The notes beneath the pieces are model-generated. The model was given only the letters and a program-made list of their open reading frames with translations. It ran no database searches and was not told the DNA's origin. A DNA stretch of 64,000 nucleotides. Origin: Eubacteriales bacterium. GTDB taxonomy: Bacteria > Bacillota > Clostridia > Oscillospirales > CAG-272. How positions within the stretch are numbered: the first letter of the stretch is position 1; every line of letters starts with the position of its first letter. Position numbers and translations under genes: made by a program. Positions 63,153 through 64,000 of this stretch are shown here, piece after piece. Location of the stretch: contig JAZTXK010000044.1 in the NCBI GenBank assembly GCA_045636385.1, forward strand, positions 23,523-87,522, written 5' to 3'.

Positions 63153-64000
63153 ATGACAAACAAAAAAATTCTATTATTCTTTTTGATATTTGCCTTTATG
63201 GTCGCTATGGTCTCATGCACCGTGGGTAATTCGGATGATTCCGAGCCTTACGGTAAAACTTCGGATGTGACCGAAAAGCCGGACGCTCTTCCTGAAGCAC
63301 TCGAGCTTCTTGATCAAGCGGAACGCCTTTCAAAGGATTACGAATCATTCGTTCAAACCACCGAGACCACAAGCTCATATGACGGTAATGTCATCAGTTC
63401 TCTCCGTAGCGTAATGAAAAAGAGCGGAGAGAGCTACAGCTTCAGCCAACTCACAGAGGCTTTTAATGAACACGGGCATCTTACCGCCGACAGCCTGATC
63501 GAGATGATGTACGATGGGGTCGGTATTACCTATTATGACGATTCCATCAAACCCGTCAATCGCTCGTTTGGCGCGATCGCCATTCTCAAGGCGACAGAGG
63601 AGGAGTATCTTTCGATGCTTCTCAGTGCGGACAGCGGTATGCTCGGTCTCAGAGAACCCGAATATTTCAAGAGCGGAAGCATAACCGAGAAAGACGGTTT
63701 CCGCGAGATCGTTCTTCAGTATTCCGATGCCGGAGAGAGCGCGATATTCGAGGCATTCGGTATGCCGCTCGGCGAGGAAATTGAGGTTATAAGGCTCGGT
63801 TTCACCGCCGTTATAGACAGCGAGGGCAACGCCGTCAATACTTCCGCAGAGATAAGAATGGCTCTGTCGGTCGGAGATACAGAGGTGAAGATCACGGCAC
63901 TTACCACCTCCGAGTACACCGATATCAATTCGAACAGCTCGGTCGATAGCGTATGTACCTCTGAGGTCAGCCTGCAATTCGAGGATTTTTACGAATTCTC
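63153..64000 (+). CDS. Hypothetical lipoprotein (3' end lies outside the window); not in the ORF track
   Basis: Manual translation is open from the ATG at 63153 to the window edge. The N-terminus MTNKKILLFFLIFAFMVAMVSCTVGNSDDS is a lipoprotein signal with a lipobox Cys. The opposite-strand track ORF 63375..63977 is a shadow of it. Confidence 0.6.
   Translation, partial: MTNKKILLFFLIFAFMVAMVSCTVGNSDDSEPYGKTSDVTEKPDALPEALELLDQAERLSKDYESFVQTTETTSSYDGNVISSLRSVMKKSGESYSFSQLTEAFNEHGHLTADSLIEMMYDGVGITYYDDSIKPVNRSFGAIAILKATEEEYLSMLLSADSGMLGLREPEYFKSGSITEKDGFREIVLQYSDAGESAIFEAFGMPLGEEIEVIRLGFTAVIDSEGNAVNTSAEIRMALSVGDTEVKITALTTSEYTDINSNSSVDSVCTSEVSLQFEDFYEF

Overview
The window reads as a chromosomal segment from a Clostridia-type Firmicute. 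Supporting signs are a SCIFF peptide with its maturase, a Bacillus-type large SRP RNA directly upstream of dnaX-ybaB-recR, Shine-Dalgarno sites of the GGAGG type, and many near-consensus TTGACA-N17-TATAAT promoters. Coding sequence appears to be about 55-60% GC, judged by eye only. I support about 60 protein genes, 2 tRNAs and 1 SRP RNA. I saw no CRISPR array, cas gene, transposase, integrase or phage structural gene.

Gene content:
- A cytoplasmic glycan-processing operon: BNR/sialidase-like, DUF4838-like, ceramidase-like and Gfo/Idh/MocA.
- GH78 and GH127-like enzymes.
- A murQ-GDPD-MFS operon.
- A MoxR-DUF58-transglutaminase operon.
- An ECF-type sigma factor translationally coupled to a membrane protein with three internal repeats.
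- An unusually dense set of predicted surface lipoproteins carrying phosphoesterase folds: GDPD x2, EEP x1, ComEC-type MBL x3 in tandem, and a 5'-nucleotidase-like protein x1.

Points that most deserve a second look:
1. Six of these lipoproteins share one N-terminal module of about 110 aa fused to three different phosphodiesterase folds.
2. Two related families of structured intergenic repeats are present. One is a mosaic multi-hairpin element with 4 copies. The other has terminal inverted arms built from tandem heptamers (3 loci), and it abuts or even supplies stop codons.
3. A 70-bp near-perfect inverted repeat flanks 203 bp of AT-rich DNA.
4. A 48-aa SCIFF precursor gene is missing from the ORF track.
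5. A duplicated 3' fragment of the initiator tRNA lies downstream of the intact gene.

All family assignments come from motif recognition by eye. No database search was run.
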